Below, piece after piece: positions 22,963 to 33,531 of a stretch of 64,000 bases of DNA. The notes beneath the pieces were generated by a model. That model saw only the letters and a list, made by a program, of their open reading frames with translations. It was not told where the DNA came from and did not search any database. This DNA comes from Coraliomargarita sp. (GTDB taxonomy: Bacteria > Verrucomicrobiota > Verrucomicrobiia > Opitutales > Coraliomargaritaceae), in the NCBI GenBank assembly GCA_965216325.1, contig OZ244160.1, positions 2,976,001-3,040,000 of the forward strand, in the 5' to 3' direction. Both the position numbers and the translations under genes were made by a program. Every line of letters begins with the position of its first letter. Within the stretch, counting starts at the first letter, position 1.

Positions 22963-23253
22963 TTAGTTCTCTTCCGGCATGTCGCGGAAGAACACGCCGA
23001 CTTTGCCGACGCCGCCGACATATTGGCAGCCTTCGACTTTTTCAGTGATCTCCTGGCAGTATTGCTTGATCCATGTGCGGTCCGCATCAAAGCGAATCTT
23101 GATTAGGCCGTTCTTGGTCAGGGCCATTTCGATTTCGCCGACCACAGTCTCTGTGAGACCGTTTTTGCCGATGTGTACGTGCGGCTTGAGTCGCTGTGCA
23201 ATGCCACGGAGTTCTTTTTTCTCCGCGGTGCTAAGTGGTTTGGGCTCGTCCAT
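22963..23253 (-). CDS. yhbY: YhbY/CRM-domain RNA-binding protein
   Basis: LRGIAQRLKPHVHIGKNGLT...LIKIRF. Confidence 0.88.
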   Translation of the reverse strand: MDEPKPLSTAEKKELRGIAQRLKPHVHIGKNGLTETVVGEIEMALTKNGLIKIRFDADRTWIKQYCQEITEKVEGCQYVGGVGKVGVFFRDMPEEN

Positions 23254-25091
23254 TAATCTTCTTTCGGATCGGGGAGGGTCTTGTTGGCGATGTTGGCCAA
23301 GAGCTCTCCGAGGAATTCTTGTGGCGTCTTGAGGCCTTCAAGCGCTTTGTTGGCGCGGGAGTTGACTTTGACCAGACCTTCTTCGGCTTCCTTGCGTCCG
23401 AGAACGAGGAAATTGGGAACCTTGTCGATGTGGCACTTGCGGATCTTGGCGCCCAGCTTGTCGGCGATGGCGTCCACAGTCACACGGATTTTGGCGGCCT
23501 TGAGGAGCTTCTCGATCTCGCGCGCTTGTGGGACGAGGTCGTCATTCATGGGCAGAATGCGCACTTGCTCGGGTGCGAGCCAAGTCGGGAAGTTGCCGGC
23601 GAAGTGTTCGATCAATACGCCGCAGAAGCGCTCCATGGAGCCGAAGGGCGCACGGTGGAGCATGACTGGACGGTGCTTTTCGTTGTCGGCGCCTATGTAG
23701 TTGAGGTCGAAGCGCTCTGGAAGGTTGTAGTCGACTTGAACGGTGCCGAGCTGCCATTCGCGGCCGATGACGTCCTTGACGACGAAGTCGATCTTCGGGC
23801 CGTAGAAAGCGGCTTCACCGGGTTCTTCGGTGTAGTTGACGCCGAGGGTCTTGGCTGCGTTGCGCAGAGCGTCTTCAGCAGCGTCCCACTTGGATGGATC
23901 GCCGACATACTTGGTTGCATCGGGGTCGCGCAGGCCAATGCGGACGCGGTATTCAGTCATGCCAAGTGTGTTGAACACGAGCTTCACCAGATCGAGGCAG
24001 CCGGCGATTTCGGCAGCGATTTGATCTTCGGTGCAGAAGAGGTGAGCGTCATCTTGAGTGAAGCCACGAACACGAGTCATGCCGTTGAGTTCGCCGGATT
24101 GTTCCCAGCGATAGACGGTGCCGAACTCCGCTAGGCGCACCGGCAAGTCGCGGTAGGAGTGCGGCTGGCTGGCGAAAATCTTGATGTGCATCGGGCAGTT
24201 CATTGGCTTGAGCAGGTAGCCGTCGATCTCGCCCGAATCGAGTTTGTTGGAGAGGTCGGCGCAGGAGCAGCCTTGGTGTGCGAGCTCTTCGACGGTGCCC
24301 GGCTCAACGATCGGCGGGAACTGCGATTCCTTATAGTATGGGAAGTGACCGGATGTGCGGTAGAGGCCGAGCTTGCCGATGTGTGGTGTGAAGACCTGCT
24401 CGTAGCCGGTCTTTTGCAGTTCGTCGGCAATGAAATTCTGCAACTCAGTGCGGATCACTGCACCATTCGGGCTCCATAGCACGAGGCCGGAACCGACAGA
24501 GTCGTCGATGTGGAAGAGCTTGAGCTCCTTGCCAAGCTTGCGGTGATCGCGCGCCTTGGCTTGCTCGAGCTTGTCCATGTAGTCGGCGAGCTCGTCCTTG
24601 CTTGGAAAGGCGGTGCCGTAAATACGCTGGAGCTGCTTGTTGTTCTCGTCGCCGCGGTGGTAGGCGCCGGCGATGGAGAGCAGCTTGAACGCTTTGATCT
24701 TCTTGGTGTAAGTGACGTGGGAGCCTGCGCAGAGGTCAAGGAACTCGCCGTTTTGGTAGAAGCTGACTTGTTCGCCTTCAGGGATGTCGTCGAGACGGCC
24801 GAGCTTGTAGCGCTCTTGGCCGAATCCTTTGATCTTCTCAACCGCTTCTTCGCGGGAGCACTCGATGCGGGTGAACTTCTGGTTCTCCTTGATGATTTTT
24901 TTCATCTCGGCCTCGATGGATTCGAGGTCGGCAGCGTCGAGTTTCTTGTCGAGGTCGATGTCGTAGTAGAAGCCGTTGTCCGTTGGAGGACCGATATCAA
25001 GTTGCGTGTCTGGGTAGAGACGCAGAACCGCAGCGGCGAGCACGTGCGAGCATGAGTGTCGGAGTTCCTCGAGTGGAGACATGTCTTTCAT
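23253..25091 (-). CDS. thrS: Threonine-tRNA ligase
   Basis: RHSCSH, RDHRKLG, KPMNCPMH, RVRGFTQDDAH, FYGPKID. Confidence 0.98.
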   Translation of the reverse strand: MKDMSPLEELRHSCSHVLAAAVLRLYPDTQLDIGPPTDNGFYYDIDLDKKLDAADLESIEAEMKKIIKENQKFTRIECSREEAVEKIKGFGQERYKLGRLDDIPEGEQVSFYQNGEFLDLCAGSHVTYTKKIKAFKLLSIAGAYHRGDENNKQLQRIYGTAFPSKDELADYMDKLEQAKARDHRKLGKELKLFHIDDSVGSGLVLWSPNGAVIRTELQNFIADELQKTGYEQVFTPHIGKLGLYRTSGHFPYYKESQFPPIVEPGTVEELAHQGCSCADLSNKLDSGEIDGYLLKPMNCPMHIKIFASQPHSYRDLPVRLAEFGTVYRWEQSGELNGMTRVRGFTQDDAHLFCTEDQIAAEIAGCLDLVKLVFNTLGMTEYRVRIGLRDPDATKYVGDPSKWDAAEDALRNAAKTLGVNYTEEPGEAAFYGPKIDFVVKDVIGREWQLGTVQVDYNLPERFDLNYIGADNEKHRPVMLHRAPFGSMERFCGVLIEHFAGNFPTWLAPEQVRILPMNDDLVPQAREIEKLLKAAKIRVTVDAIADKLGAKIRKCHIDKVPNFLVLGRKEAEEGLVKVNSRANKALEGLKTPQEFLGELLANIANKTLPDPKED

Positions 25092-25183
25092 TTTTCTAGA
25101 AGTCAGCAGACAGAAATCCGGAGTCAGAATCTGTTTGAAGGGCTAGCAGTCAGGAGTCTGGAAATTGAGAGTCAATGCTGGAT

Positions 25184-26059
25184 TCATCCTTGATACGCAA
25201 AGGCGGGCACGCCTTTTACGCCGAGGCCGTCGATGACGAAGACTTTGCCAGCATCGGCCTCTTCTTTGGTCTTGTGAATGCCAGTGGTGACAAACAGGCG
25301 ATCGAGATTCGGGCCGCCGAAGGCACAGGCAGTGGTTTCGACGCAGGGCAGGTCGACTTGTTGCAGTTTCTCGCCGCTTTCCGGATCGAAGCGGACTACG
25401 CAGCCGCCGTGGCAGAAGGCGACCCAGAGCTTGTCATCGGCGTCGATGGTCATGCCGTCCGGAGAGCTGTCGTAGCCGTGGGCCTTGGTGTCCACGACGA
25501 TGCGGGCATTGCTGATCTCGCCAGAGTCCTGATCGTAGTCGTAAGCGCGGATTTGCTGCAGTGGAGTGTCGATGTAATACATCGTTTTGGCGTCCGCACT
25601 CCAGCAGAGGCCGTTGGAATTGGTGACTTCTGGGACTTTGACTTGTAGGCCGTTCTCCGGATCGAAGCTGTAGAGCTTGGCGTCGCCGGTTTTTTTGACA
25701 GTGCTGATGGTGCCTGCCCAGAAGCGTCCAGCCGGGTCGCACTTGCCATCGTTGAAGCGGTTGTCGGGGCGTTTCTCGGCTTCTGGGTCGGCCAGGCTGG
25801 TCTTTAGGCCGGTGAGCGGGGCGAATTCGCTGATGCCGAAGTCGCCTGCGTAGAGGTAGCCGCCTTCTGCACGGGGCACAACGGTGCCGATGCGCTCGCC
25901 AATCGCCCAGCTTTGTTCCTCGCCCGTTTCAGGGTTCAGACGAACGAGCTTGTGGCCTTCGATATCGACATAGTGGAGGTGGTCCTCCCACCAGATTGGG
26001 CCTTCGCCCCATTTTGAAATGCGTGTGCCGATAGTTTGGATAGTAAGATTTGCAGACAT
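25184..26059 (-). CDS. SMP-30/gluconolactonase family protein
   Basis: GEGPIW, RFNDGKCDPAGRFWAG, SNGLCWS, PDGMTID. Confidence 0.92.
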   Translation of the reverse strand: MSANLTIQTIGTRISKWGEGPIWWEDHLHYVDIEGHKLVRLNPETGEEQSWAIGERIGTVVPRAEGGYLYAGDFGISEFAPLTGLKTSLADPEAEKRPDNRFNDGKCDPAGRFWAGTISTVKKTGDAKLYSFDPENGLQVKVPEVTNSNGLCWSADAKTMYYIDTPLQQIRAYDYDQDSGEISNARIVVDTKAHGYDSSPDGMTIDADDKLWVAFCHGGCVVRFDPESGEKLQQVDLPCVETTACAFGGPNLDRLFVTTGIHKTKEEADAGKVFVIDGLGVKGVPAFAYQG

Positions 26060-26112
26060 GAGCATGTTGATGGGGGAGTGGGAAGCATGCGTCAATCAAC
26101 TAGCTGCGGTAA

Positions 26113-26181
26113 CGGAGGGCGGACATTCTTGTCCGCCGTTTCATCTGGATAGAGTTGGCAGGGCAAGAGTGTCCTGCTTCC
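26113..26181. repeat. REP-like doublet
   Basis: cggagggcggacattcttgtccgcc ... ggcagggcaagagtgtcctgcttcc. Confidence 0.65.
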
Positions 26182-26244
26182 GCTGAATAAAAAACCGCCC
26201 GGCGTGATTGCCGGACGGTTTTGAAAGTTTCAGTTGAAACAGGC

Positions 26245-26871
<627 letters not shown>

Positions 26872-27073
26872 AATGGGTATCGTTTTATTTTTTAGTTAAT
26901 GAAGAGAACCAAGAAGTTGTGAGCTTGATTTGGCCCTGTCAAACGAGGGATTGGGAATTCTGCCTTAGTATCAGTGTTTTTGTTCATGTGGAGTATCAAT
27001 TCTCTGAAACATCAGCCGCTAAATTAGTTCCTACTGGTTGCGATTCATACAATGTGTCTCATCTATAATCCTT

Positions 27074-27556
27074 ATGAAAAAACATTTCCTCATACCTTTG
27101 GCTTTTGCCGTTGCGCTTCTCGGAACCCTTCGTGCGAAGTCGCATGACAATCTGAAGGCATACGCCCCGGCAGCTGAGGGCATGCAGCGCTATGTGATCG
27201 AACTGCCGAAGCTTGCCGATGAATCCTTGTTAAAAGTTGAGCTGATTATCGGCAAAACGGTGCCAACCGATGGTGCCAATCGTCACTTCTTTGGTGGCAA
27301 GGTCACTCGTGAAGTCGTTCAAGGCTGGGGCTTCAGTTATTATGAACTGAAAGAACTTGGTCCGATGGCCGGCACCCTGATGGCAGTTCCCGAAGGCAGC
27401 GAGAAGGTCGATACCTTTGTGCGAGTGAATCACGATCTCGGTCTGGTTCGCTACAACAGCAAGCTGCCCTTGGTGGTTTATGTGCCCGATGGGGTCGAGG
27501 TGAAGTATCGTCTTTGGTTTGGTGATGTAGAGCCGTCGGTCGCTGAGGTGAATTAG
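27074..27556 (+). CDS. eco: Ecotin-family protease inhibitor
   Basis: KVELIIGK, GWGFSYY, TLMAVP, RYNSKLPLVVYVP. Confidence 0.88.
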   Translation: MKKHFLIPLAFAVALLGTLRAKSHDNLKAYAPAAEGMQRYVIELPKLADESLLKVELIIGKTVPTDGANRHFFGGKVTREVVQGWGFSYYELKELGPMAGTLMAVPEGSEKVDTFVRVNHDLGLVRYNSKLPLVVYVPDGVEVKYRLWFGDVEPSVAEVN

Positions 27557-27571
27557 GTTTTAGGCTGCAAC

Positions 27572-27643
27572 TGGAGGGCAATGCTCCGTCATTGCCACAA
27601 CGATTCACCGCGCAGATTGGCAACGACGGAGCGTTGCCCTCCA
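27572..27643. repeat. REP-like inverted doublet
   Basis: tggagggcaatgctccgtcattgcca / tggcaacgacggagcgttgccctcca. Confidence 0.75.
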
Positions 27644-27647
27644 TGGA

Positions 27648-28199
27648 TCACTCCGATTCATTTTCCGCTTCGCGCTTGGCGGCCTTTTTCTCGGCGTTGA
27701 TAAGCCGCTTCTTTTCAAAGAATGCCTTCAAAATGTTGTGATTGAGCTCCTCGAGCACGCCGCCCACCGATTCGAAATGGTGATTGCTGCGGGGGAGGGC
27801 GCCCAAATCGACGGCGCCGCCCACACAGCCCATCTTTTCATCGGGGAGACCGTAGTAAACTTTGCCAATGCGAGCGATTACGAGTGCGCCGGAGCACATG
27901 GGGCAGGGCTCTTTGGTCACATAGAGTGTGCATTCATTGAGGCGCCAGTCCCCGAGCGTGTTGGCCGCCTGTGAGATTGCGAGAATTTCGGCGTGAGCCG
28001 TCGGATCATTGGTGGAACGCGACTGATTGTGCGCTGCCGCGATAATGCGGCCCTCGTGTTCGATGATCGCACCGATCGGAACCTCATCCTTCTTCCACGC
28101 CTCAATTGCCTCGTTGTAAGCATGGGTCATGAAGTAGTCCGCATCGCGGTTCAGCTCAGAGGGGAAGATCTTTTCGAAAGGACAGTCGGGCGATTGCAT
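27648..28199 (-). CDS. tadA: tRNA adenosine(34) deaminase
   Basis: EVPIGA, DPTAHAE, EPCPMC. Confidence 0.92.
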   Translation of the reverse strand: MQSPDCPFEKIFPSELNRDADYFMTHAYNEAIEAWKKDEVPIGAIIEHEGRIIAAAHNQSRSTNDPTAHAEILAISQAANTLGDWRLNECTLYVTKEPCPMCSGALVIARIGKVYYGLPDEKMGCVGGAVDLGALPRSNHHFESVGGVLEELNHNILKAFFEKKRLINAEKKAAKREAENESE

Positions 28200-28293
28200 C
28201 GCGTGTTGTTGAGTGAGAAAGTGTAAAGGTATGAATGTGTGAAGGTGACGGTGAAAACAAACTTTCCTACTTTCAAACTTTTTACCTTCCTAC

Positions 28294-29905
28294 CCCCGAT
28301 CCTTAGCAGTGTAAAAGTTTTCTCTGTGTAGAGTGTTTTGTTCGTTTCGCGCAAGCTGGCGCATCCGAACGGGTAGTTCGGATCGTGATACGTGCTTCGG
28401 GTTACGGGATTCGGGCGGATTGGTAGTGCGAGCGGCTCAGCGTCCGCGTAGGGGTATCGGGGCAATTTGATCGGCATCAGCCTGGCGAGGGGCGCAACTT
28501 GTAGAGCGCCGAGAGTGCGTCTAGTTCGTGGGCAAACTTGCGCCACCATGGCAGCCAACGGCTGTTCACACAGCACACTGCTTTGAGCTGACGGGCATGG
28601 CGCTTGAAGGTTACAGGGATGAGCATGAGCACATGCAGCAGGGTGCGGATACGTATGGGCTGCTCGTGGTCGGGCAGGTGAATCAGTTTGATCGCTTGGA
28701 GCAGGTTGTGCGCGAGCGCGCCGATTGCATAGAAGACCTGATTGGCTGCCAGACTCTTGCATGGGGGATGGTGCAAATCCATGTCGGTGAGCACTTGTGA
28801 GAACTGGCGCTCCCGGTCGCCTTTGAGCTTGTGCCGCTCCACGGCCATATCGGCGCGCCCCTCACGCCCCGACTCACAGCAGATGAAGGCATAGCGCCAG
28901 AACAGTTCCCCATCGGCCAGTTGGTGACGCGTCACCGCAAAGAGCTGTGGCTGCTCGCAGCCCTCCGGCTGATAGCGCAGCCAAGCGTGCTGGGCACGGT
29001 GTTCTTTGCCATCACGCCAACGCACGATCTGCTCGTCGCTCCACGCCGACTCCGGCAACTCTTTGGCGCAGCGCTCCGGTCCTTCAGTCCACTTGTTGTA
29101 ACTGACGCTGAAACGATCCACTGTTTCGCCCAGTTTGTTGAGATAGACCCCGGCACTGGACCCACTGTCTGCATACAGGTAACTCTTGTAGCTGCCAAGC
29201 AGGGCTTCGCATTGCTCCAACTGTTCGGGCAAAAGTTCGCTGCAATCGCGACTGCCTTTGCCCAGCCAACCGCAGGCCAGAAACGGCCCAACCCACAGCG
29301 TCTGCCAGGACAAAGTCGTATTGCCCTCGTAGTTGATCGCCGCTGATTCGAAGCACTTGCCAGTCACCTCCAATTGCGTGTCGTCGAAAAACCACTCGAG
29401 TTCTCCACCATGCAAGAGCCGCCCGGGCACAATGCGATCCATCGCCCAGACAATGAACTCACGGTTGATCTGCAGCAAGGCTTCCGCCCCGTCCTTGCCA
29501 ATGGCACGCATCCACTGCCCCAGTGTCGTTTCATCAGGGAAACGCTCAATCCCCAGAAAACGCTTCAATCCCGCCTCGTCGTTGAGACGCTCAAAGTCAG
29601 CCATACTCGCCCCGCCGCTGGCAAAACCAAACAGAAACGTCGCCACGTAAACAACCGGATCGTAACCCTTGCTCGTGTCCTTACGCGACTCCAACGCCGC
29701 TTCAGCACGCACACGCTCCCAGAGCCCACACTCCTGCGCAAAAGCCTTGATCGCGAACACACCGCCCTTGGCCGTCGCTTCTTCGCTGCTGCGAAACTCC
29801 ACCTCGATTCGAGGGTTCTTCATACGGTAATGCTTCGACATGCACACTGCATAGCAAGTTTTTCACCATTTGGTGAACGAATCCCTGCCACTCTAAGGAT
29901 TGGGG
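28294..29905 (-). mobile_element. IS1380-family insertion sequence (1612 bp)
   Basis: Terminal IRs CCCCGATCCTTAG / CTAAGGATTGGGG; flanking direct repeat TTCCTAC (28287-28293, 29906-29912). Confidence 0.85.
28477..29847 (-). CDS. IS1380-family DDE transposase
   Basis: TAKGG, PDETTLG, FDDT, YADSG, GDRE, AHNLL...IRTL. Confidence 0.8.
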   Translation of the reverse strand: MCMSKHYRMKNPRIEVEFRSSEEATAKGGVFAIKAFAQECGLWERVRAEAALESRKDTSKGYDPVVYVATFLFGFASGGASMADFERLNDEAGLKRFLGIERFPDETTLGQWMRAIGKDGAEALLQINREFIVWAMDRIVPGRLLHGGELEWFFDDTQLEVTGKCFESAAINYEGNTTLSWQTLWVGPFLACGWLGKGSRDCSELLPEQLEQCEALLGSYKSYLYADSGSSAGVYLNKLGETVDRFSVSYNKWTEGPERCAKELPESAWSDEQIVRWRDGKEHRAQHAWLRYQPEGCEQPQLFAVTRHQLADGELFWRYAFICCESGREGRADMAVERHKLKGDRERQFSQVLTDMDLHHPPCKSLAANQVFYAIGALAHNLLQAIKLIHLPDHEQPIRIRTLLHVLMLIPVTFKRHARQLKAVCCVNSRWLPWWRKFAHELDALSALYKLRPSPG

Positions 29906-29980
29906 TTCCTACGGACTGTATGAGTCCACCCTTGACATTCTGTGGGCAAACTCTTCTCTCACGCGCTTTGTAACTAACTT

Positions 29981-30262
29981 ATGGCTAAAGGACAAAGCGA
30001 AGAATACGTAGAAGTTGAAGGTAAGATCGTAGCGGTCTTGCCCGGCACCATGTTCCGTGTGGAATTGGCAAACGGTCACCAGGTGCTCGCGCACATCTCC
30101 GGAAAGCTCCGTAAGCACTTCATTAAGATCACTACGGGCGATACCGTGAAGATGGAGATGACTCCACACGATCTCGACAAGGCGCGCATTGTTTACCGTC
30201 TGCGCAACGCCCAGACCAATCGCAACGCACCGCGTCGCAGTTTCGGTCCACGCCGCCGATAA
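29981..30262 (+). CDS. infA: Translation initiation factor IF-1
   Basis: [26 protein letters not shown] at 29932 upstream. Confidence 0.97.
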   Translation: MAKGQSEEYVEVEGKIVAVLPGTMFRVELANGHQVLAHISGKLRKHFIKITTGDTVKMEMTPHDLDKARIVYRLRNAQTNRNAPRRSFGPRRR

Positions 30263-30323
30263 TTCCGATCCTAGACTGTTTCGAAGAACACTGCAGCAAC
30301 GCGGTGTTTTTTTGTGCCTGAGG

Positions 30324-30473
30324 GTAGGGCAGTTTCGCCGAGACTGCCGTTCGTTATCGGACTGCGAATTGCCAAAAGGTTTTGGATGGCTGGTCTGCCG
30401 TGTAGGAGTATCCACAAGGCTTAAGTATTTTGGGTGCCTTGCCGAACGGTCGTCTCGGCGAGACGACCCTACC
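30324..30473. repeat. REP doublet (family B)
   Basis: gtagggcagtttcgccgagactgccgttcg ... ccgaacggtcgtctcggcgagacgaccctacc; related copy at 56590. Confidence 0.8.
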
Positions 30474-30630
30474 TTGAGCTTGCAACAGTCTGATGCGCAC
30501 CGAGACGGTGCTGCGCTACCGAATAAATACAGAGTCATTTCAACCGATTTTGAGCGATCAAAGCTTGCCACGGTTTGAGAATTGCAAAGCTTTATGGGCT
30601 TCTACTCTCACCTGAACAATCATTCGAAAC

Positions 30631-31590
30631 ATGAGCAAAGCATACGACTCAATCATCAACACTGTCGGTGGCACCCCACTGGTTAAGATCAATCACCTTA
30701 CCGAAGGCCTCGCAGCTGACATTTATCTCAAATGCGAATTTTTCAATCCACTCGCCAGCGTTAAGGATCGTATCGGCAAGGCGATGATCGAAGCTGCTGA
30801 GCGCGACGGCAAGATCGGTGAGGGCAGCATCATTATTGAACCAACTTCCGGTAACACCGGTATCGCACTGGCATTTGTCTGTGCGGCCAAGGGCTACAAG
30901 CTCATCCTGACCATGCCGGAGACCATGTCGCTGGAGCGCCGCGTGCTCCTTCGCATGCTTGGTGCAGAGATCGTGCTGACTCCTGGTCCGAAGGGCATGC
31001 CAGGTGCGATTGCACGTGCGGGCGAGCTCGTCGAAGAATATGGCGAAAAGGCATTCATGCCTCAACAGTTTGAAAACCCAGCTAACCCGCAGGTTCACCG
31101 TGAAACTACTGCGGAAGAAATCTGGGAAGCGACCGATGGTGGCATCGACGCATTTGTTGCCGGTGTGGGCACCGGTGGCACCATCACGGGTGTTTCTGAA
31201 GTGATTAAGTCCCGCAAGGACATCCTCACTGTCGCGGTAGAGCCTGAAGCCAGCCCAGTCATTTCCGGTGGTCAGCCGGGTCCACACAAGATCCAAGGTA
31301 TCGGCGCGGGTTTCATCCCGAAGAACTGCAACACCGATATCATTGATGACGTGATCAAGGTTTCCAATGAGGACGCTTTTGCAACTGCACAAGCACTCGC
31401 GGAGAAGGACGGTATCCTCGGTGGTATCTCCACTGGCGCGAATGTGTTCGCGGCCATGGAGCTCGCGAAGCGCCCAGAGATGGCCGGCAAGACTATCGTT
31501 ACGGTGGGCTGCAGCTTCGGTGAACGCTACCTCTCGACTCCGCTGGCTGAAAAAGCCCGCGAAGAAATGAGCGCAGCGACTGCTAGCTAA
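30631..31590 (+). CDS. cysK: Cysteine synthase A
   Basis: SVKDRIG, PTSGNTG, GVGTGGT, HKIQGIG, GERYLST. Confidence 0.96.
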   Translation: MSKAYDSIINTVGGTPLVKINHLTEGLAADIYLKCEFFNPLASVKDRIGKAMIEAAERDGKIGEGSIIIEPTSGNTGIALAFVCAAKGYKLILTMPETMSLERRVLLRMLGAEIVLTPGPKGMPGAIARAGELVEEYGEKAFMPQQFENPANPQVHRETTAEEIWEATDGGIDAFVAGVGTGGTITGVSEVIKSRKDILTVAVEPEASPVISGGQPGPHKIQGIGAGFIPKNCNTDIIDDVIKVSNEDAFATAQALAEKDGILGGISTGANVFAAMELAKRPEMAGKTIVTVGCSFGERYLSTPLAEKAREEMSAATAS

Positions 31591-31674
31591 ATCGACTTTC
31601 AGTCTTTTAAACGAACCAGCCCCGTCGAATCCGACGGGGCTTGTTTTGTTTTGGGGTAGGCGTTGTTTAATGGA

Positions 31675-31743
31675 GGCGTTCTGCAAGCAGAAGCCCTACG
31701 GTTACAAGCGATAGAAATGTAGGGCTCGTGCTTGCACGATGCC
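31675..31743. repeat. Two family A REPs downstream of RAYT
   Basis: ggcgttctgcaagcagaagccctac and gtagggctcgtgcttgcacgatgcc. Confidence 0.85.
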
Positions 31744-31745
31744 AG

Positions 31746-32321
31746 CTAGCAAGAAGGAACTAAGTCTTCCCAACCCAGCTCATCTTGCAGCCATTCAGGT
31801 TGAGGATATTTATTCTCTATTAAACTATCTCCAAAAAGTGGCCTATAATTCCGATTCAGAATCCAGTCAGGCCATTCTTCATTCAACGCTAGTAGTTCTT
31901 TGCGATACGGATTGAGGTAGATGTAGAGTGCAAATTGCTCCATTTCCACATCCGGACGAAGCCGATGCTCAAAGAAATTGGCCTGCCATTTCAGGTCGTG
32001 GGAATTGAGGGCCTGCTTCGTCTTGCTTTTGAATTTCTGGATCACCTGCGACAGCGAGAGTCGACTGCCGAGTGAAAACAGCAGGTGAATGTGATCAGGC
32101 ATGATCGTGCCGCAATGTAGATCGATGTCGTGTTGATCCTGATGCTCACGTAGCTGACTTTTGATCGCATTGCTGATCGTATCCTCGGATAAGCCGAAAC
32201 TTCGATCAGCGGTTGTCAATGTCACAAAGTAACGCGCTCCTTCGATGGACGCGCGGCCTTTGCGCAGGTCGGCGGTCTTGCGATATGGTTTAGATGGAGT
32301 GGATTGGTCTGGTTGCCCCAT
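31746..32321 (-). CDS. REP-associated tyrosine transposase (RAYT)
   Basis: LRKGR.S..G.RYFVT, MPDHIHLL (HUH), WQANFFEHRLR, YIYLNP; REPs on both sides. Confidence 0.9.
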   Translation of the reverse strand: MGQPDQSTPSKPYRKTADLRKGRASIEGARYFVTLTTADRSFGLSEDTISNAIKSQLREHQDQHDIDLHCGTIMPDHIHLLFSLGSRLSLSQVIQKFKSKTKQALNSHDLKWQANFFEHRLRPDVEMEQFALYIYLNPYRKELLALNEEWPDWILNRNYRPLFGDSLIENKYPQPEWLQDELGWEDLVPSC

Positions 32322-32337
32322 GCCGTTTCTATTTTTC

Positions 32338-32380
32338 GTAGGGCTCTGCTTTCGCGGCATTCTGCAAGCAGAAGCCCTAC
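32338..32380. repeat. Compact family A REP doublet upstream of RAYT
   Basis: gtagggctctgctt...gcaagcagaagccctac. Confidence 0.85.
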
Positions 32381-32391
32381 GATTTTAGAAA

Positions 32392-33516
32392 TCACTCCGT
32401 GCTCGCGCCGACTTTTTCTAGCACGGATTCGACATCGAGGAAGTCGTTGCGCTGAGTCGAGACCGTGATCTCGTTGAGTTGCAGTTGCTCAACCATTTCA
32501 TAGGCGACCAGGTTTTGACCGCCGGGTGTGTTGAGTGCGGTTGCCTTAAGGCGTTCGCCTTCAGCAGCCGCTTCCTTTTCAAGCAGGGTGCCCTTGGCTT
32601 CGAGTTCGGCTTTATACAGGTCGGCGTCGGCCTTCAGCTTGGCGGCTTCGAGGCGTGCATCCGCGTGAATCTGTGCGATCTCTTTGTCGGTATCAGCTTT
32701 CATGGTGAGCTGCTTTGCCTTTAGCTCTTGTTCGATAACGCGCACCTTCGCTTCGGTCTCAGCGGCGATACGGTTGGTCTCGCCTTTTTTCTCTTCGGCG
32801 AGTGCGCGGGACTTGTTCAACTCGACATCTTGGTCGGCGAGTTTCTTATCCAGAATCTTGCGCTCGTAGCTTGGGTCGAAGGCGATGTCACGAATGAGGA
32901 TCTCGATCAAATCGATGTGGTTCTCAGCAAGTTCACTGCGGAGTTCGTCGGTCGCTTCGGTTGTTTTCACTCGTCGTACTTCCGGGGCGTAGAACTGCTC
33001 GGTCAGCATGGTGCCGAATACATCACGAATTGTTTTTTGCACCTGGTCACGGACGATGCCCTTATAGCGAAGTTCAGAACCTAGCTCTTGGTAGAGCTTG
33101 TGAACTTCGCTCGGTGTGACACGGTATTTAACCGTTACGTCGAGGCGCACGGTATAACCATCCTTGGATTTGAGCTCCACTTGTCCCGTGCCTCCAGTGG
33201 AGTCCAAGTAACGGCGTGAGGAAGAGGAGAGGAAGCTATAGATGCGCTTGGTTTCCTTGCGCTCTTGCTCGGTGGTGAACTCGGTGGTCTGAACGGTCGA
33301 GTCGAACACTTTCCAAGTGTCGAGTAGCGGCAGGTTACGGTGCCAGCCCGGACCGAAGTCTTCTTGGACCACACCCTTGGAACCGAGGATGGCATACTGC
33401 TGCGTGCGCACGCCGGTCTCGCCGAGTTCGATGCGGATGAAGAGGAAGTTTGCAGCAACAAAGACGCCAGCAACTGCCAAGATAACAAGAAGGGAGAGGA
33501 ATTTAATAAATTTCAT
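32392..33516 (-). CDS. SPFH/band-7 domain protein
   Basis: N-terminal [18 protein letters not shown], long A/E/K coiled coil. Confidence 0.85.
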   Translation of the reverse strand: MKFIKFLSLLVILAVAGVFVAANFLFIRIELGETGVRTQQYAILGSKGVVQEDFGPGWHRNLPLLDTWKVFDSTVQTTEFTTEQERKETKRIYSFLSSSSRRYLDSTGGTGQVELKSKDGYTVRLDVTVKYRVTPSEVHKLYQELGSELRYKGIVRDQVQKTIRDVFGTMLTEQFYAPEVRRVKTTEATDELRSELAENHIDLIEILIRDIAFDPSYERKILDKKLADQDVELNKSRALAEEKKGETNRIAAETEAKVRVIEQELKAKQLTMKADTDKEIAQIHADARLEAAKLKADADLYKAELEAKGTLLEKEAAAEGERLKATALNTPGGQNLVAYEMVEQLQLNEITVSTQRNDFLDVESVLEKVGASTE

Positions 33517-33531
33517 GATTAGAGCCTCAGC

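Noticed and set aside
32322..32360. RAYT start at 32360
   Set aside because: Falls inside the upstream REP; Met at 32321 preferred, true start uncertain
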